The position numbers and the translations under genes were made by a program. From Candidatus Thermofontivivens primus (lineage in GTDB: Bacteria; Sysuimicrobiota; Sysuimicrobiia; Sysuimicrobiales; Thermofontiviventaceae), in assembly GCA_031458695.1 (NCBI GenBank), contig JAVKJW010000003.1, positions 64,001 to 128,000 on the forward strand: a stretch of DNA of 64,000 bases, written 5' to 3'. The notes beneath the pieces were generated by a model. It searched no databases, was not told the origin of the DNA, and worked only from the letters and a program-made list of their open reading frames with translations. Position 1 is the first letter of the stretch, and every line of letters begins with the position of its first letter. Shown in pieces: positions 10,338-19,544 of this stretch.

Positions 10338-10857
10338 AGGTACTCTGCCACGGATCGTCCAGGGCCGTGTATGGAAGTTCGGGGACGACATCAGCACTGA
10401 TCTCCTCGCCCCCGGCGCGTACGCTGTTGCGCCGTTGGAGGAGCGCAAGCGGCACGTCTTGGAGAGTGTGAATCCTCGTTTCCCGGAAGAGGTCAGGCCC
10501 GGGGATATTGTCGTGGCCGGACGCAACTTCGGGTGTGGGAGCAGCAGGGAGACGGCTCCCGAGGGGCTGAAGGCGCTGGGTGTGGGGTGCGTGGTGGCAG
10601 AGTCATTTAGCCGCCTCTTCTTCCGTAACGCGATCGCTATCGGGCTACCGGTCCTCCCGTGCCCAGGGGTCGTAGAGGCTTTTGAGGAGGGGGATCCAGC
10701 GGAGGTGGAGATTGCGGGTGCGCTCGTCCGGAATCTTCGGACGGGGCAGGCCCTGTGGGGAAGGAAGCTCCCTCCAGCGATGCTCGAGGTACTCGCAGCG
10801 GGAGGAATCCTTCCTTTGCTGAAGGCCCGCGGTCAGCAACTTTCTGGAACAACATAG
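10324..10857 (+). CDS. Aconitase-family hydro-lyase small subunit (LeuD/DmdB-like)
   Basis: KFGDDISTD, NFGCGSSRE, SFSRLFFRNAI, AGGI. Confidence 0.92.
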   Translation: MHAVEGTLPRIVQGRVWKFGDDISTDLLAPGAYAVAPLEERKRHVLESVNPRFPEEVRPGDIVVAGRNFGCGSSRETAPEGLKALGVGCVVAESFSRLFFRNAIAIGLPVLPCPGVVEAFEEGDPAEVEIAGALVRNLRTGQALWGRKLPPAMLEVLAAGGILPLLKARGQQLSGTT

Positions 10858-12168
10858 GTGTCATGGGGGGTGGTGAGGTTGTTGTGGAACCCAGAGTATG
10901 AGGCGATGCCTCGGAAGGAGATGGAGCGCCTCCAGGTCGAGCGTCTGAAGAAGCTGGTAGACCGGGTATACAACACGTCGCCGTTTTATAAGGATTTGTT
11001 TGACCGGAACGGGATCCGTCCAGAGCAGGTGAAGAGCCTGGACGACCTCCGGCGGTTCCCCTTCCTGACTAAGTCCGAACTCCGGTCACTCTATCCCTTC
11101 GGCCTGTTCACCGTACCCGTGGAGAAAACCTTGGAGCTGCACTGTTCCTCAGGGACGACGGGGGCCCCCACCATGGTAGGGTACACCCACGCTGACCTAG
11201 ACCTATGGGGGGAGGTCATGGCACGGGTTCTCGCCTGCGGCGGCGTCCAGAAGGGGGACCTCATCCATAACGCCTATGGCTACGGGCTCTTCACAGGCGG
11301 TCTGGGGTTCCACTATGGGGCCCTGAAACTAGGTGCCACGGTCCTCCCCATTTCGTCCGGGAATACAGCGAGACAGATCAAGCTCATGACCGAGCTCGGG
11401 TGTACAGTCCTCTGCTGCACGCCATCTTATGCCCTTCACCTAGCCGAGGTCATGGAGGAGACCGGCAAAGAGCCTAAAGGACTCCGCTGCGGCATCTTCG
11501 GCGCCGAACCCTGGACCGAGGGGATGCGCAGGCAAATCGAGGAGCGCTTGGGTTTGAGCGCCGTGGACATCTATGGGTTGAGCGAGGTCATCGGGCCAGG
11601 GGTCTCCTGTGAGTGCCAGGAGGCCAAGAACGGCCTTCACATCAACGAGGACCACTTCCTCCCGGAGGTCATTGATCCGGTGACCATGGAGCCGCTCCCG
11701 GATGGGGAGAAGGGCGAGCTCGTTTTCACCACCCTGACCAGGGAGGCGACGCCGGTGATTCGCTACCGCACCGGGGATATCACCGCCCTCTACCACGAGC
11801 CCTGCCGGTGCGGCCGCACGCTCGTGCGCATGGCCCGCGTCAGCGGGAGGGTGGACGACATGCTTATTATCCGCGGGGTGAACATCTTTCCCTCGGATGT
11901 GGAGGCGGTGTTGATGAGGTGCCCTGAGCTGGAACCGCACTACCAGCTCGTCGTCGACCGGGAACGGGCCCTGGACGTCCTGGAGGTCCGGGTGGAGGCC
12001 AAGGACGGGGTTTACCAGCGGGCGGAGATCCCAGCGTTGGAGGAGAGGGTCGCAAGGCGGATCCGGGAGGAGCTTGGGATCTCGGCAAAGGTCACCGTGG
12101 TTCCTCCCAAGCAGATCCCGAGAAGCGAAGGGAAAGCGGTGCGTGTGGTGGATCGCCGCAACCTGTAG
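10858..12168 (+). CDS. paaK: Phenylacetate-CoA ligase
   Basis: HCSSGTTG, YGYGLFTGGLGFHYG, DIYGLSEVIGPGV, GRVDDMLIIRGVNIFP, PRSEGKAVRVVD; true start may be a few codons downstream. Confidence 0.93.
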   Translation: MSWGVVRLLWNPEYEAMPRKEMERLQVERLKKLVDRVYNTSPFYKDLFDRNGIRPEQVKSLDDLRRFPFLTKSELRSLYPFGLFTVPVEKTLELHCSSGTTGAPTMVGYTHADLDLWGEVMARVLACGGVQKGDLIHNAYGYGLFTGGLGFHYGALKLGATVLPISSGNTARQIKLMTELGCTVLCCTPSYALHLAEVMEETGKEPKGLRCGIFGAEPWTEGMRRQIEERLGLSAVDIYGLSEVIGPGVSCECQEAKNGLHINEDHFLPEVIDPVTMEPLPDGEKGELVFTTLTREATPVIRYRTGDITALYHEPCRCGRTLVRMARVSGRVDDMLIIRGVNIFPSDVEAVLMRCPELEPHYQLVVDRERALDVLEVRVEAKDGVYQRAEIPALEERVARRIREELGISAKVTVVPPKQIPRSEGKAVRVVDRRNL

Positions 12169-12205
12169 GATCTGCTGGATCCGCATGGAGGTGAAGGGGT
12201 CAAGC

Positions 12206-13447
12206 ATGGAGATCGCAGGCGGGAGAGAATGGATCTACGACTGGAACATTGGGCCCGGAACACCCGGAAAGCCCAGGTACCCTGTGGAGCTTGACGACGA
12301 GACCCTCCGAGACGGATTGCAGAGTCCCTCTGTGCTCCACCCCCCTGTAGAGGTGAAGAAGGAGATTCTCCACCTCATGAACGAGCTGGGCATCGACGCG
12401 GCCAACATCGGCTATCCTGGGAGCAGCCCGCGTGCCCTGGAGGACACCGCCGCCCTAGCCAGGGAGATCGCCGACAGCAAGCTGCGCATCTCCCCCAACT
12501 GCGCGGGGAGGACAGCGGAGCCGGATATCGTGGCCATTGCGGAAGCACAGCAGCGATCAGGGGTTGCCATTGAGGCAGCCCTTTTCTTGGGGAGCAGCCC
12601 TATCCGCCAGTACGCCGAAGGGTGGGACCTGGACTTCCTCCTTCGCACAACAGAATCGGCCGTGACCCTTGCCCGCAGGCTGGGCCTTGAAGTGATGTAT
12701 GTCACAGAAGACACGACCCGCGCCAGACCGGATCACCTCAAGGCCCTGTACAAGACAGCCATTGACTGCGGGGCGAAGCGCGTGTGCCTCGCCGACACCG
12801 TCGGGCACGCTACCCCGTGGGGGGTGAAGCGCCTCGTCCGGTTCATCCGCCGCGTTGTGGGAGAGGATGTCAAAATAGATTGGCATGGCCATCGGGACCG
12901 GGGGCTGGACCTCGTCAACTCTATTGCTGCACTGGAAGCTGGGGCCAATAGGGTGCACGGGTGCGCGCTTGGGATTGGGGAGCGCGTGGGGAACACTCCC
13001 ATGGACCTTCTGCTCGTGAACCTGAAGCTCCTGGGGTGGATCGATCGCGACCTCCGCCGTCTCCCTGACTACTGCGCCCTCGTCTCGGAGGCAACAGGGA
13101 TCCCCATCCCCTGCAACTACCCAGTGGTAGGCAAGGATGCCTTCGAGACGAGCACAGGGGTGCATGCGGCGGCGATCCTCAAAGCGTTCCGAAAGGGGGA
13201 TCACTGGCTTGCAAATCGGGTCTACAGCGGGGTTCCTGCCGAAGAGGTCGGCCGGGAGCAAGTAATCACCATCGGGCCAATGAGCGGACAGGCCAACGTG
13301 ATCTTCTGGCTCCAGCGGAGGGGGTACGAGGCCACTCCAGAGCTTGTGGACCGGATCCTGAACGCAGCGAAGGAGTCGAATCGGGTGCTCCGGGATGAGG
13401 AGATCGAGGCGCTCCTGCTCCCGGCGGTCGAACGGAGAGCCGTGTAG
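12206..13447 (+). CDS. LeuA/homocitrate-synthase-family acetyl-CoA:2-oxoacid condensing enzyme without C-terminal regulatory domain (benzylmalate synthase/HphA-like)
   Basis: IYDWN, DETLRDGLQSP, DTVG, HGHRDRG, GIGERVGN, GVH; about 413 aa. Confidence 0.85.
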   Translation: MEIAGGREWIYDWNIGPGTPGKPRYPVELDDETLRDGLQSPSVLHPPVEVKKEILHLMNELGIDAANIGYPGSSPRALEDTAALAREIADSKLRISPNCAGRTAEPDIVAIAEAQQRSGVAIEAALFLGSSPIRQYAEGWDLDFLLRTTESAVTLARRLGLEVMYVTEDTTRARPDHLKALYKTAIDCGAKRVCLADTVGHATPWGVKRLVRFIRRVVGEDVKIDWHGHRDRGLDLVNSIAALEAGANRVHGCALGIGERVGNTPMDLLLVNLKLLGWIDRDLRRLPDYCALVSEATGIPIPCNYPVVGKDAFETSTGVHAAAILKAFRKGDHWLANRVYSGVPAEEVGREQVITIGPMSGQANVIFWLQRRGYEATPELVDRILNAAKESNRVLRDEEIEALLLPAVERRAV

Positions 13448-13449
13448 AG

Positions 13450-15279
13450 ATGCGACAGCACGTCTTGACGCAGCGAGAGAGGCTCCTCCTCACAGGCAAC
13501 GAGGCCATCGCCCGGGGAGCGTATGAGGCAGGCGTGAAAGTGGCAACGGGCTATCCAGGGACGCCGAGCACGGAGATCTTGGAGGCCCTGGCCAGGACGG
13601 AGGATGTCTACGTCGAGTGGTCCACGAACGAGAAGGTGGCCATGGATGTCGCCCTCGGTGCAAGCCTAGGGGGTGTCCGGGCTCTCTGCACTATGAAGCA
13701 CGTGGGCCTCAATGTAGCCGCGGATACCTTCATGACCGCTAGTTACACCGGGGTTGGTGGCGGCTTGGTCGTGGTGAGCGCCGACGACCCAGGGATGCAT
13801 AGCTCCCAGAACGAGCAGGACAACAGGTACTACGCCAAATTCGCTGCAGTTCCGTTGCTCGAGCCTAGCGACAGTTCTGAGGCGAAGGAGTTCACTCGCT
13901 TGGCCTTCGAGGTGAGCGAAAGATTTGATGTCCCGGTATTGCTGCGCATAACGACCCGCATCGCCCACACCCGCGGGTTGGTAGAGCTCGGCCCACGTCA
14001 AGAACCGGCTTCCATGGGGTACGTGCGGGACCCTAGAAAGTACGTGATGCTCCCGGCCTATGCACAAAAGAGGCACCCTGTGGTCCTGTCGCGCCTCTCC
14101 CGATTACAGGAATTCGCGGCATCGCCGGAGTTCCTACGTTGGGAACTCAGAGATCGGGCGGTGGGAGTGATCACGAGCGGAGTTTGCTACCACTACGTCC
14201 GGGAGGTCCTCCCTGAGGCAAGCGTCCTGAAGCTGGGGATGACCTACCCGCTGCCCCTGGAGCAGATCCGGGCCTTTGCGCGGGAAGTTGAGCGCCTGTT
14301 CGTGGTGGAAGAGCTTGAGCCTTTCCTGGAGGAGATGCTCAAGGCTGAAGGACTGGCGGTTGAGGGGAAGGCTTTCTTCCCCCGCCAGGGGGAGCTGAGC
14401 CCGGACCTGGTGCGAGAAGGGTTCGTCCGCGTGGGTGTCCTCCTTCCTGCAGAATCAAGGGCGATGAGCGAGGTGCCCACGACTCCCCGCCCGCCTGTGC
14501 TCTGCCCAGGGTGTCCTCACATCGTTCCCTTCCTGGCCCTGCGCCGGCTGGGAGCTGTGGTATGCGGCGATATCGGCTGTTACACCCTCGCTGCCTTAGA
14601 GCCCCTCCAGGCCATGGACACCTGTGTAGCCATGGGGTCGAGCATCGGGATGGCTGTGGGGCTGGCCAAGGCAGGCTCTGCACCAGGGCCTGTCGTCGCG
14701 GCGATTGGCGACTCCACCTTCATCCACGCAGGCATCCCGGCACTTGTTGACGCTGTTTACAAACAAGCAGACATCACTGTTCTTATCCTGAACAACGGTA
14801 CCACCGCTATGACCGGTGGTCAGCCCCACCCCGGAACAGGTCTTACGATCCGCGGGGGACAAACGAAGGCCCTGGATTTGGTCGCTCTCTGCCGGGCAGC
14901 GGGTGTGGAGCACGTGCACGTGGTGGACCCTTATGATATCGCTGCTACGTTTGTGGCCATCGAGGAGGCGATTCACCACCAGGGGGTGGCGGTTGTCATC
15001 ACCAACCGCCCGTGCGTGGAGGCCCCTGTGAAGATCCGGGACAATCCCTTCATAGTGGTCCCGCAGAAGTGCATCGCCTGCCAGCTCTGCATGAACCTTG
15101 GGTGTCCTTCCATCAGCTGGTCCGTAGAGACCTACGAAGGACGCCCCAAGGTAGTTATTGATCCGGCGACGTGCACGGGATGCACGGTGTGTGCACAAAT
15201 CTGCCCCACGGACGCGATCCAGTTGTTCCCATCCCCCCGGGCCGTCCCAGGGGAAAAGGCAGGGCAAAGCCGTGGGTGA
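13450..15279 (+). CDS. iorA: Indolepyruvate/phenylpyruvate:ferredoxin oxidoreductase alpha subunit
   Basis: GNEAIARGA, YPGTPSTE, EWSTNEKVA, SSQNEQDNR, CPGCPH, GDIGC, GDSTF, two C-terminal CxxCxxC motifs. Confidence 0.95.
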   Translation: MRQHVLTQRERLLLTGNEAIARGAYEAGVKVATGYPGTPSTEILEALARTEDVYVEWSTNEKVAMDVALGASLGGVRALCTMKHVGLNVAADTFMTASYTGVGGGLVVVSADDPGMHSSQNEQDNRYYAKFAAVPLLEPSDSSEAKEFTRLAFEVSERFDVPVLLRITTRIAHTRGLVELGPRQEPASMGYVRDPRKYVMLPAYAQKRHPVVLSRLSRLQEFAASPEFLRWELRDRAVGVITSGVCYHYVREVLPEASVLKLGMTYPLPLEQIRAFAREVERLFVVEELEPFLEEMLKAEGLAVEGKAFFPRQGELSPDLVREGFVRVGVLLPAESRAMSEVPTTPRPPVLCPGCPHIVPFLALRRLGAVVCGDIGCYTLAALEPLQAMDTCVAMGSSIGMAVGLAKAGSAPGPVVAAIGDSTFIHAGIPALVDAVYKQADITVLILNNGTTAMTGGQPHPGTGLTIRGGQTKALDLVALCRAAGVEHVHVVDPYDIAATFVAIEEAIHHQGVAVVITNRPCVEAPVKIRDNPFIVVPQKCIACQLCMNLGCPSISWSVETYEGRPKVVIDPATCTGCTVCAQICPTDAIQLFPSPRAVPGEKAGQSRG

Positions 15280-16138
15280 GGTGCGGAACCTCCTCATCGT
15301 TGGGGTTGGAGGACAGGGGGTCGTGCTGGCCAGTGACATCGTGGCTGCGGTCTGCCTGCGCCATGGCTACGACGTGAAGAAGAGCGAGGTACATGGCATG
15401 GCCCAGCGTGGCGGCGTAGTCTATAGCCACCTCAGGTACGGCCCCAAAGTCCACAGCCCGTTGATTGAGCGAGGGCGTGCAGATGCCCTCTTGGCCCTGG
15501 AGTGGTCAGAGGCACTTCGCTGGCTTCCTTACCTGCGCCCCGGAGGAGTCCTTGTGGTGGACATGGTCCGATCTATTCCTCCCATTGCTCTCAGGGACCG
15601 TATGACCTGGAAATCGGCGTATCCACCTATGGATGTGGATCAAGTGCGCGCTCTCCAAGTTGAGGTGTGCGCGTGTAACGCCGGGCAACTCGCCGAGGAG
15701 CTGGGAAACAGGAAGGTGGCCAATACCATCCTCCTGGGCATCCTTTCTAACCTCCTGGAGTTCTCCCAAGAGGAATGGGAGGAGGCCCTCTCTGCAGTCG
15801 TGCCGCCGCACACTGTGGACATTAACCTCCAAGCGTTTAGGCTTGGGCGCAGCGTACATGCTGAGCGCTTCACAGCTGGCGGGATCCCTGTAGACCTCCC
15901 TCCTACCTACGGGGTGCCCCGCCGCTTCCGCGTGGAGATCGTCGAGGCGTGGTGCAAGGGGTGCGGGATCTGCGTGCGCCTATGCCCAGAAGAATGCCTC
16001 CGCCTGGACAGCCGGGAGAGGGCGAAGGTGGGGGATCCAGGGAGGTGTACGGGCTGCCAGATTTGCCAGCTCCTCTGCCCGGACTTCGCCATTGCCGTGC
16101 ACGAGGAGCAGGTGGAGGAGGCCTCTATCCGTGGGTAG
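15272..16138 (+). CDS. iorB: Indolepyruvate oxidoreductase beta subunit fused to a C-terminal 2x[4Fe-4S] ferredoxin (KorD-like) domain
   Basis: GVGGQG, SEVHGMAQRGG; tail WCKGCGICVRLCP...CTGCQICQLLCPDFAI; GTG start overlapping iorA stop. Confidence 0.9.
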   Translation: MGEVRNLLIVGVGGQGVVLASDIVAAVCLRHGYDVKKSEVHGMAQRGGVVYSHLRYGPKVHSPLIERGRADALLALEWSEALRWLPYLRPGGVLVVDMVRSIPPIALRDRMTWKSAYPPMDVDQVRALQVEVCACNAGQLAEELGNRKVANTILLGILSNLLEFSQEEWEEALSAVVPPHTVDINLQAFRLGRSVHAERFTAGGIPVDLPPTYGVPRRFRVEIVEAWCKGCGICVRLCPEECLRLDSRERAKVGDPGRCTGCQICQLLCPDFAIAVHEEQVEEASIRG

Positions 16139-17315
16139 GGTGAGACTTGTCCGTGGAAATGTAGCGTGTGCGCGCGCGGCCATTGCTGCGGGATGCCGGT
16201 TCTATGCAGGCTACCCTATCACCCCTTCCTCGGAGATCGCCGAGGAGATGGCGGCTCTCCTTCCCAAAGTGGGAGGGGTGTTCGTGCAGATGGAGGACGA
16301 GATTGCAAGCCTCGCCGCGTGCATTGGGGCCTCCATTGGCGGGTTGCTGGCGATGACCGCAACGAGCGGACCAGGGTTCTCCTTGATGCAGGAGCACCTG
16401 GGGTTCGCCGCACTTGCGGAGATCCCATGCGTGGTGGTTGATGTCATGCGTCTGGGCCCGAGCACGGGCCTTCCCACAGCCCCTTCCCAAGGGGATGTCT
16501 ATCAGGCGCGCTGGGGGACCCACGGCGATCGTCCTAGCATCGTGCTGGCCCCTGCCTCGGTGCGGGAGGTCTACGATCTTACTATCCGCGCCTTCCAGCT
16601 CTCCGAGCGATTCAGGACGCCGGTCATCCTCCTCTATGATGAGGTTGTAGGACACATGATGGAGCCAATGGAGCTTCCCTCCTTGGAGGGGATGGGGCCT
16701 GTTCGGAGAGCGAACCCAGTGGATCTTCCTAAAGACTACCTTCCCTATGCAGCAGACGAAGACGGGGTGCCTCCTCTTGTGAGCTTCGGGAGCGGAGTGA
16801 GGTATCATATCACAGGTCTCATCCACGACGAGTCCGGCTTCCCCACCCAGGACCCGGCGAAGGTCTCCTCCCTTCTGCGGCGCCTCCACGAGAAGATCTC
16901 CAGGAACCTCCACGAGATCGTCTCGGTCGAGCCGTTCCTCCTGGAGGACGCCGAGGTCGCTGTCTTCGCGTACGGGATCGTGGCCCGGGCCGCACGTGAG
17001 GCGGTGCAGGAGGCTCGGGCGAGGGGGATGCGTGTGGGACTGCTACGGTCCAGTGTCCTGTGGCCCTTTCCGGAGGACGCCGTCCGGGAAGTCGCCCGGA
17101 CCGTGCGGGCAATCGTCGTTGCGGAGATGAACCTGGGGCAGATGGTCTACGAAGTAGAGCGAGCAGCAGGGGGTAGGGCGGAAGTTGTGGGATGCTTCCA
17201 GGTTGATGGGAGGCCCATCTCCCCAGAGACTATCCTGGATGCCGTTTCCACACTCTGTGCCCATCCATCCCCCTCGGGGAAGTCCAAGGGTGGCAGGCTC
17301 AAGGAGGGGAACTAG
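16131..17315 (+). CDS. korA: 2-oxoacid:ferredoxin oxidoreductase alpha subunit (2-oxoglutarate type)
   Basis: YAGYPITPSSEI, QMEDEI, ATSGPGFSLMQE, GPSTGLPT, RWGTHGD, EMNLGQ; GGAGGAG SD before GTG 16131. Confidence 0.88.
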   Translation: MGRVRLVRGNVACARAAIAAGCRFYAGYPITPSSEIAEEMAALLPKVGGVFVQMEDEIASLAACIGASIGGLLAMTATSGPGFSLMQEHLGFAALAEIPCVVVDVMRLGPSTGLPTAPSQGDVYQARWGTHGDRPSIVLAPASVREVYDLTIRAFQLSERFRTPVILLYDEVVGHMMEPMELPSLEGMGPVRRANPVDLPKDYLPYAADEDGVPPLVSFGSGVRYHITGLIHDESGFPTQDPAKVSSLLRRLHEKISRNLHEIVSVEPFLLEDAEVAVFAYGIVARAAREAVQEARARGMRVGLLRSSVLWPFPEDAVREVARTVRAIVVAEMNLGQMVYEVERAAGGRAEVVGCFQVDGRPISPETILDAVSTLCAHPSPSGKSKGGRLKEGN

Positions 17316-17316
17316 G

Positions 17317-18159
17317 ATGATCCCCGATGTACGCACATACCTTCGCCCCGCACGCATGCCCCACATCCTCTGCCCTGGGTGTGGGCATGGGATTGTCCTG
17401 GGGGCGTTGCTGCGAGCGTTCCACCGCCTGCGCCTGAACCCCGACCAGATTGCCCTTGTGGCCGGAATCGGCTGCAGCAGCCGGCTCGTAGGATACGTCG
17501 ACGTGTGCACCCTCCACACCACCCACGGTCGTGCGCTCGCCTTTGCCACAGGCTTGAAGCTCGCCCGACCGGAACTGACAGTGGTTGTGCTCACGGGAGA
17601 TGGAGATGGCCTGGGGATCGGAGGGAACCACCTCATCCATGCAGCCAGGCGGAATATCGATCTCACCTGCATCCTGTTCAACAACGCGGTCTATGGGATG
17701 ACCGGAGGGCAGCTTGCCCCCACGACTCCCCAGGAAGGGGTTGCCTCGACCGCGCCTTACGGGAATATCGAGCCTCCCTTCGATAGCTGCAAGCTCATGA
17801 TGGGAGCTGGAGCGACGTTCGTGGCGAGGGGACTTGCCTACGAACCACTCGCCCTCGAGGAGATGATCGCCCGGGGGCTTGTGCATCGGGGGTTTAGCTT
17901 CATCGAGGTCATCACCGATTGCCCGGAGTACTACGGGCGGTACAACCAGCTGGGAAAGGGGCCAGAGATGCTCATGAGCCAGAAGCGCCGTACTATGGAT
18001 ATCATGGAGATCCTGGCGACCAAACGCTTCGTGGTCCGTGACCGTCCAGAGGTAAGAGCGTGGAACCTACCGTACCGCTTGGGCATCTTGCATGAGGAGG
18101 AGAGGCCGGAATTCTCCCAGGTATGCTGGCAGATGGTCGCCGGGAGGGAGATGGTATGA
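17317..18159 (+). CDS. korB: 2-oxoacid:ferredoxin oxidoreductase beta (TPP-binding) subunit
   Basis: CPGCG, GIGCS, HTTHGRA, GDGD...IGGNH, NN..YGMTGGQ. Confidence 0.9.
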   Translation: MIPDVRTYLRPARMPHILCPGCGHGIVLGALLRAFHRLRLNPDQIALVAGIGCSSRLVGYVDVCTLHTTHGRALAFATGLKLARPELTVVVLTGDGDGLGIGGNHLIHAARRNIDLTCILFNNAVYGMTGGQLAPTTPQEGVASTAPYGNIEPPFDSCKLMMGAGATFVARGLAYEPLALEEMIARGLVHRGFSFIEVITDCPEYYGRYNQLGKGPEMLMSQKRRTMDIMEILATKRFVVRDRPEVRAWNLPYRLGILHEEERPEFSQVCWQMVAGREMV

Positions 18160-18716
18160 GGATGGAGATCCGTCTCGCTGGCGCGGGAGGACAGGGGATT
18201 GTGCTCGCTAGCATGATCCTGGGGGAGGCCGCGTTGTTGGAGGGGAAGAAGGCGGCCTGTTTTCATGCCTACGGGCCTGAATCGCGGGGAGGGGCGAGCC
18301 GGGCGGACGTGATCATCTCCCAGGAAGCAATCGAATACCCCGTGGCCAGAAATGTAGACCTTCTCCTGGCGCTCACGCAGGAAGCCTGTACGCAGTTCTG
18401 GAAGGATCTCAGGCCTTCGGGGATGCTCATCGTGGATGGATCCAGTGTCCCTTCGGTCCCTCATGGAGAGTCTGCCGTCTACGTTCTCCCCATTGTGGAG
18501 GTGGCGCGGAGGACCCTGGGGACATCGGTCCCGGCCAACGTAGTGGCACTCGGGGCGATCTCCGCCTTGACAGGGGTGGTGGGCGAGGAGGCGCTGGAGG
18601 AAGCGATTGCATCACGAATACGTCCTGGAGCGCTCCAGCACAATCTCCGGGCGCTCCGGATTGGGTTTGAGCTCGCACGGGGCGTGCGGGAAAGCACCCC
18701 GGCGAAAGTCTTTTGA
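18156..18716 (+). CDS. korC: 2-oxoacid:ferredoxin oxidoreductase gamma subunit
   Basis: EIRLAGAGGQG, YGPESRGG, NVVALG. Confidence 0.88.
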   Translation: MRMEIRLAGAGGQGIVLASMILGEAALLEGKKAACFHAYGPESRGGASRADVIISQEAIEYPVARNVDLLLALTQEACTQFWKDLRPSGMLIVDGSSVPSVPHGESAVYVLPIVEVARRTLGTSVPANVVALGAISALTGVVGEEALEEAIASRIRPGALQHNLRALRIGFELARGVRESTPAKVF

Positions 18717-18800
18717 CCTTTACCGGTCCATCTCAGGAATCACGGGTCCTCAGCAACATCTCGCTGAGAGATTTTGCGAGGGCCGCGAGGGAGTGAGGGC

Positions 18801-19460
18801 ATGATGTCGGACCACCAGGGAATGGAGGGCCAAGGGCTGCACGAGGGGAACACGCGAGAGAGGATCCTGCGGGCTGCGGCGTTCCTCTTTCGGAAAAAGG
18901 GGTTCAAGGGCACAAGCATGCGGGAGATCGCCGAGATTGTGGGGATCAACAAGAGCAGTCTCTATCATCATATCCGGGGGAAACAAGCCCTTCTCTTTGA
19001 GATCCTCCAACACACCGTGGACAAAGCAATCGGTAGGTTGGAGAAGATCGCCAGAAGCGACCTCCCTCCGTCAGAACGCCTCCGCTTGGCCGTGGAGAAC
19101 CATGTGACCCACCTCATTGAGGACCTGGACAATGTCGCTTGCTTCATTGAGGAGGGGAAAGCGCTTAGTCCAGACCGGATGCGAGCGTATATCGTCAAGC
19201 GGGACCGCTACGAAGGGTTCTTCCGGGAGATCATCGCGGAGGGGATCCGGGTGGGGGAGTTCCGCCCCGCAGATGTGAAGCTCATAGGGTTCGCTGTGCT
19301 AGGGATGTGCAACTGGGTTGCTCGCTGGTACCGGCCTAACGGGGGATACACTGGGGAAGAGATCGCTCGACAATTCTCAGAGTTTGCCCTACGGGGGATC
19401 CTCCAGACCCTTCCCCGGGAGACGGCTCTGATGAAGAGTGGAAGCTCGGAAAGGAACTGA
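18801..19460 (+). CDS. TetR/AcrR family regulator (acyl-CoA-sensing KstR2/PaaR-like)
   Basis: RERILRAAAFLFRKKGFKGTSMREIAEIVGINKSSLYHH; C-terminal GMCNWVARWYRPNG. Confidence 0.9.
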   Translation: MMSDHQGMEGQGLHEGNTRERILRAAAFLFRKKGFKGTSMREIAEIVGINKSSLYHHIRGKQALLFEILQHTVDKAIGRLEKIARSDLPPSERLRLAVENHVTHLIEDLDNVACFIEEGKALSPDRMRAYIVKRDRYEGFFREIIAEGIRVGEFRPADVKLIGFAVLGMCNWVARWYRPNGGYTGEEIARQFSEFALRGILQTLPRETALMKSGSSERN

Positions 19461-19544
19461 GGGGCAGAGGAGCAAGCACGTGATCGCGGTTACTTCTGAC
19501 TCCTTAACACGTTATTTCGATCAAATCCAGAGGGGGGTGGATGA

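Noticed and set aside
9066..13447. Leucine (or AAA-lysine) biosynthesis operon from the leuC/leuD/leuA-like genes
   Set aside because: No leuB or homoisocitrate dehydrogenase, no ilv/lys genes, the synthase lacks its regulatory domain, and paaK is inserted between the genes.
9066..18716. Homophenylalanine-type chain elongation followed by oxidative decarboxylation to phenylpropionyl-CoA
   Set aside because: Needs an HphB/LeuB dehydrogenase that is absent from the window and leaves PrpF and the Bbs-like genes unexplained. Kept only as a fallback if a dehydrogenase acts in trans.
18715..18729. Second TetR operator (GACC...GGTC) upstream of tetR
   Set aside because: Half-sites are shorter and spaced differently (N6 versus N4) from the 8943 palindrome.
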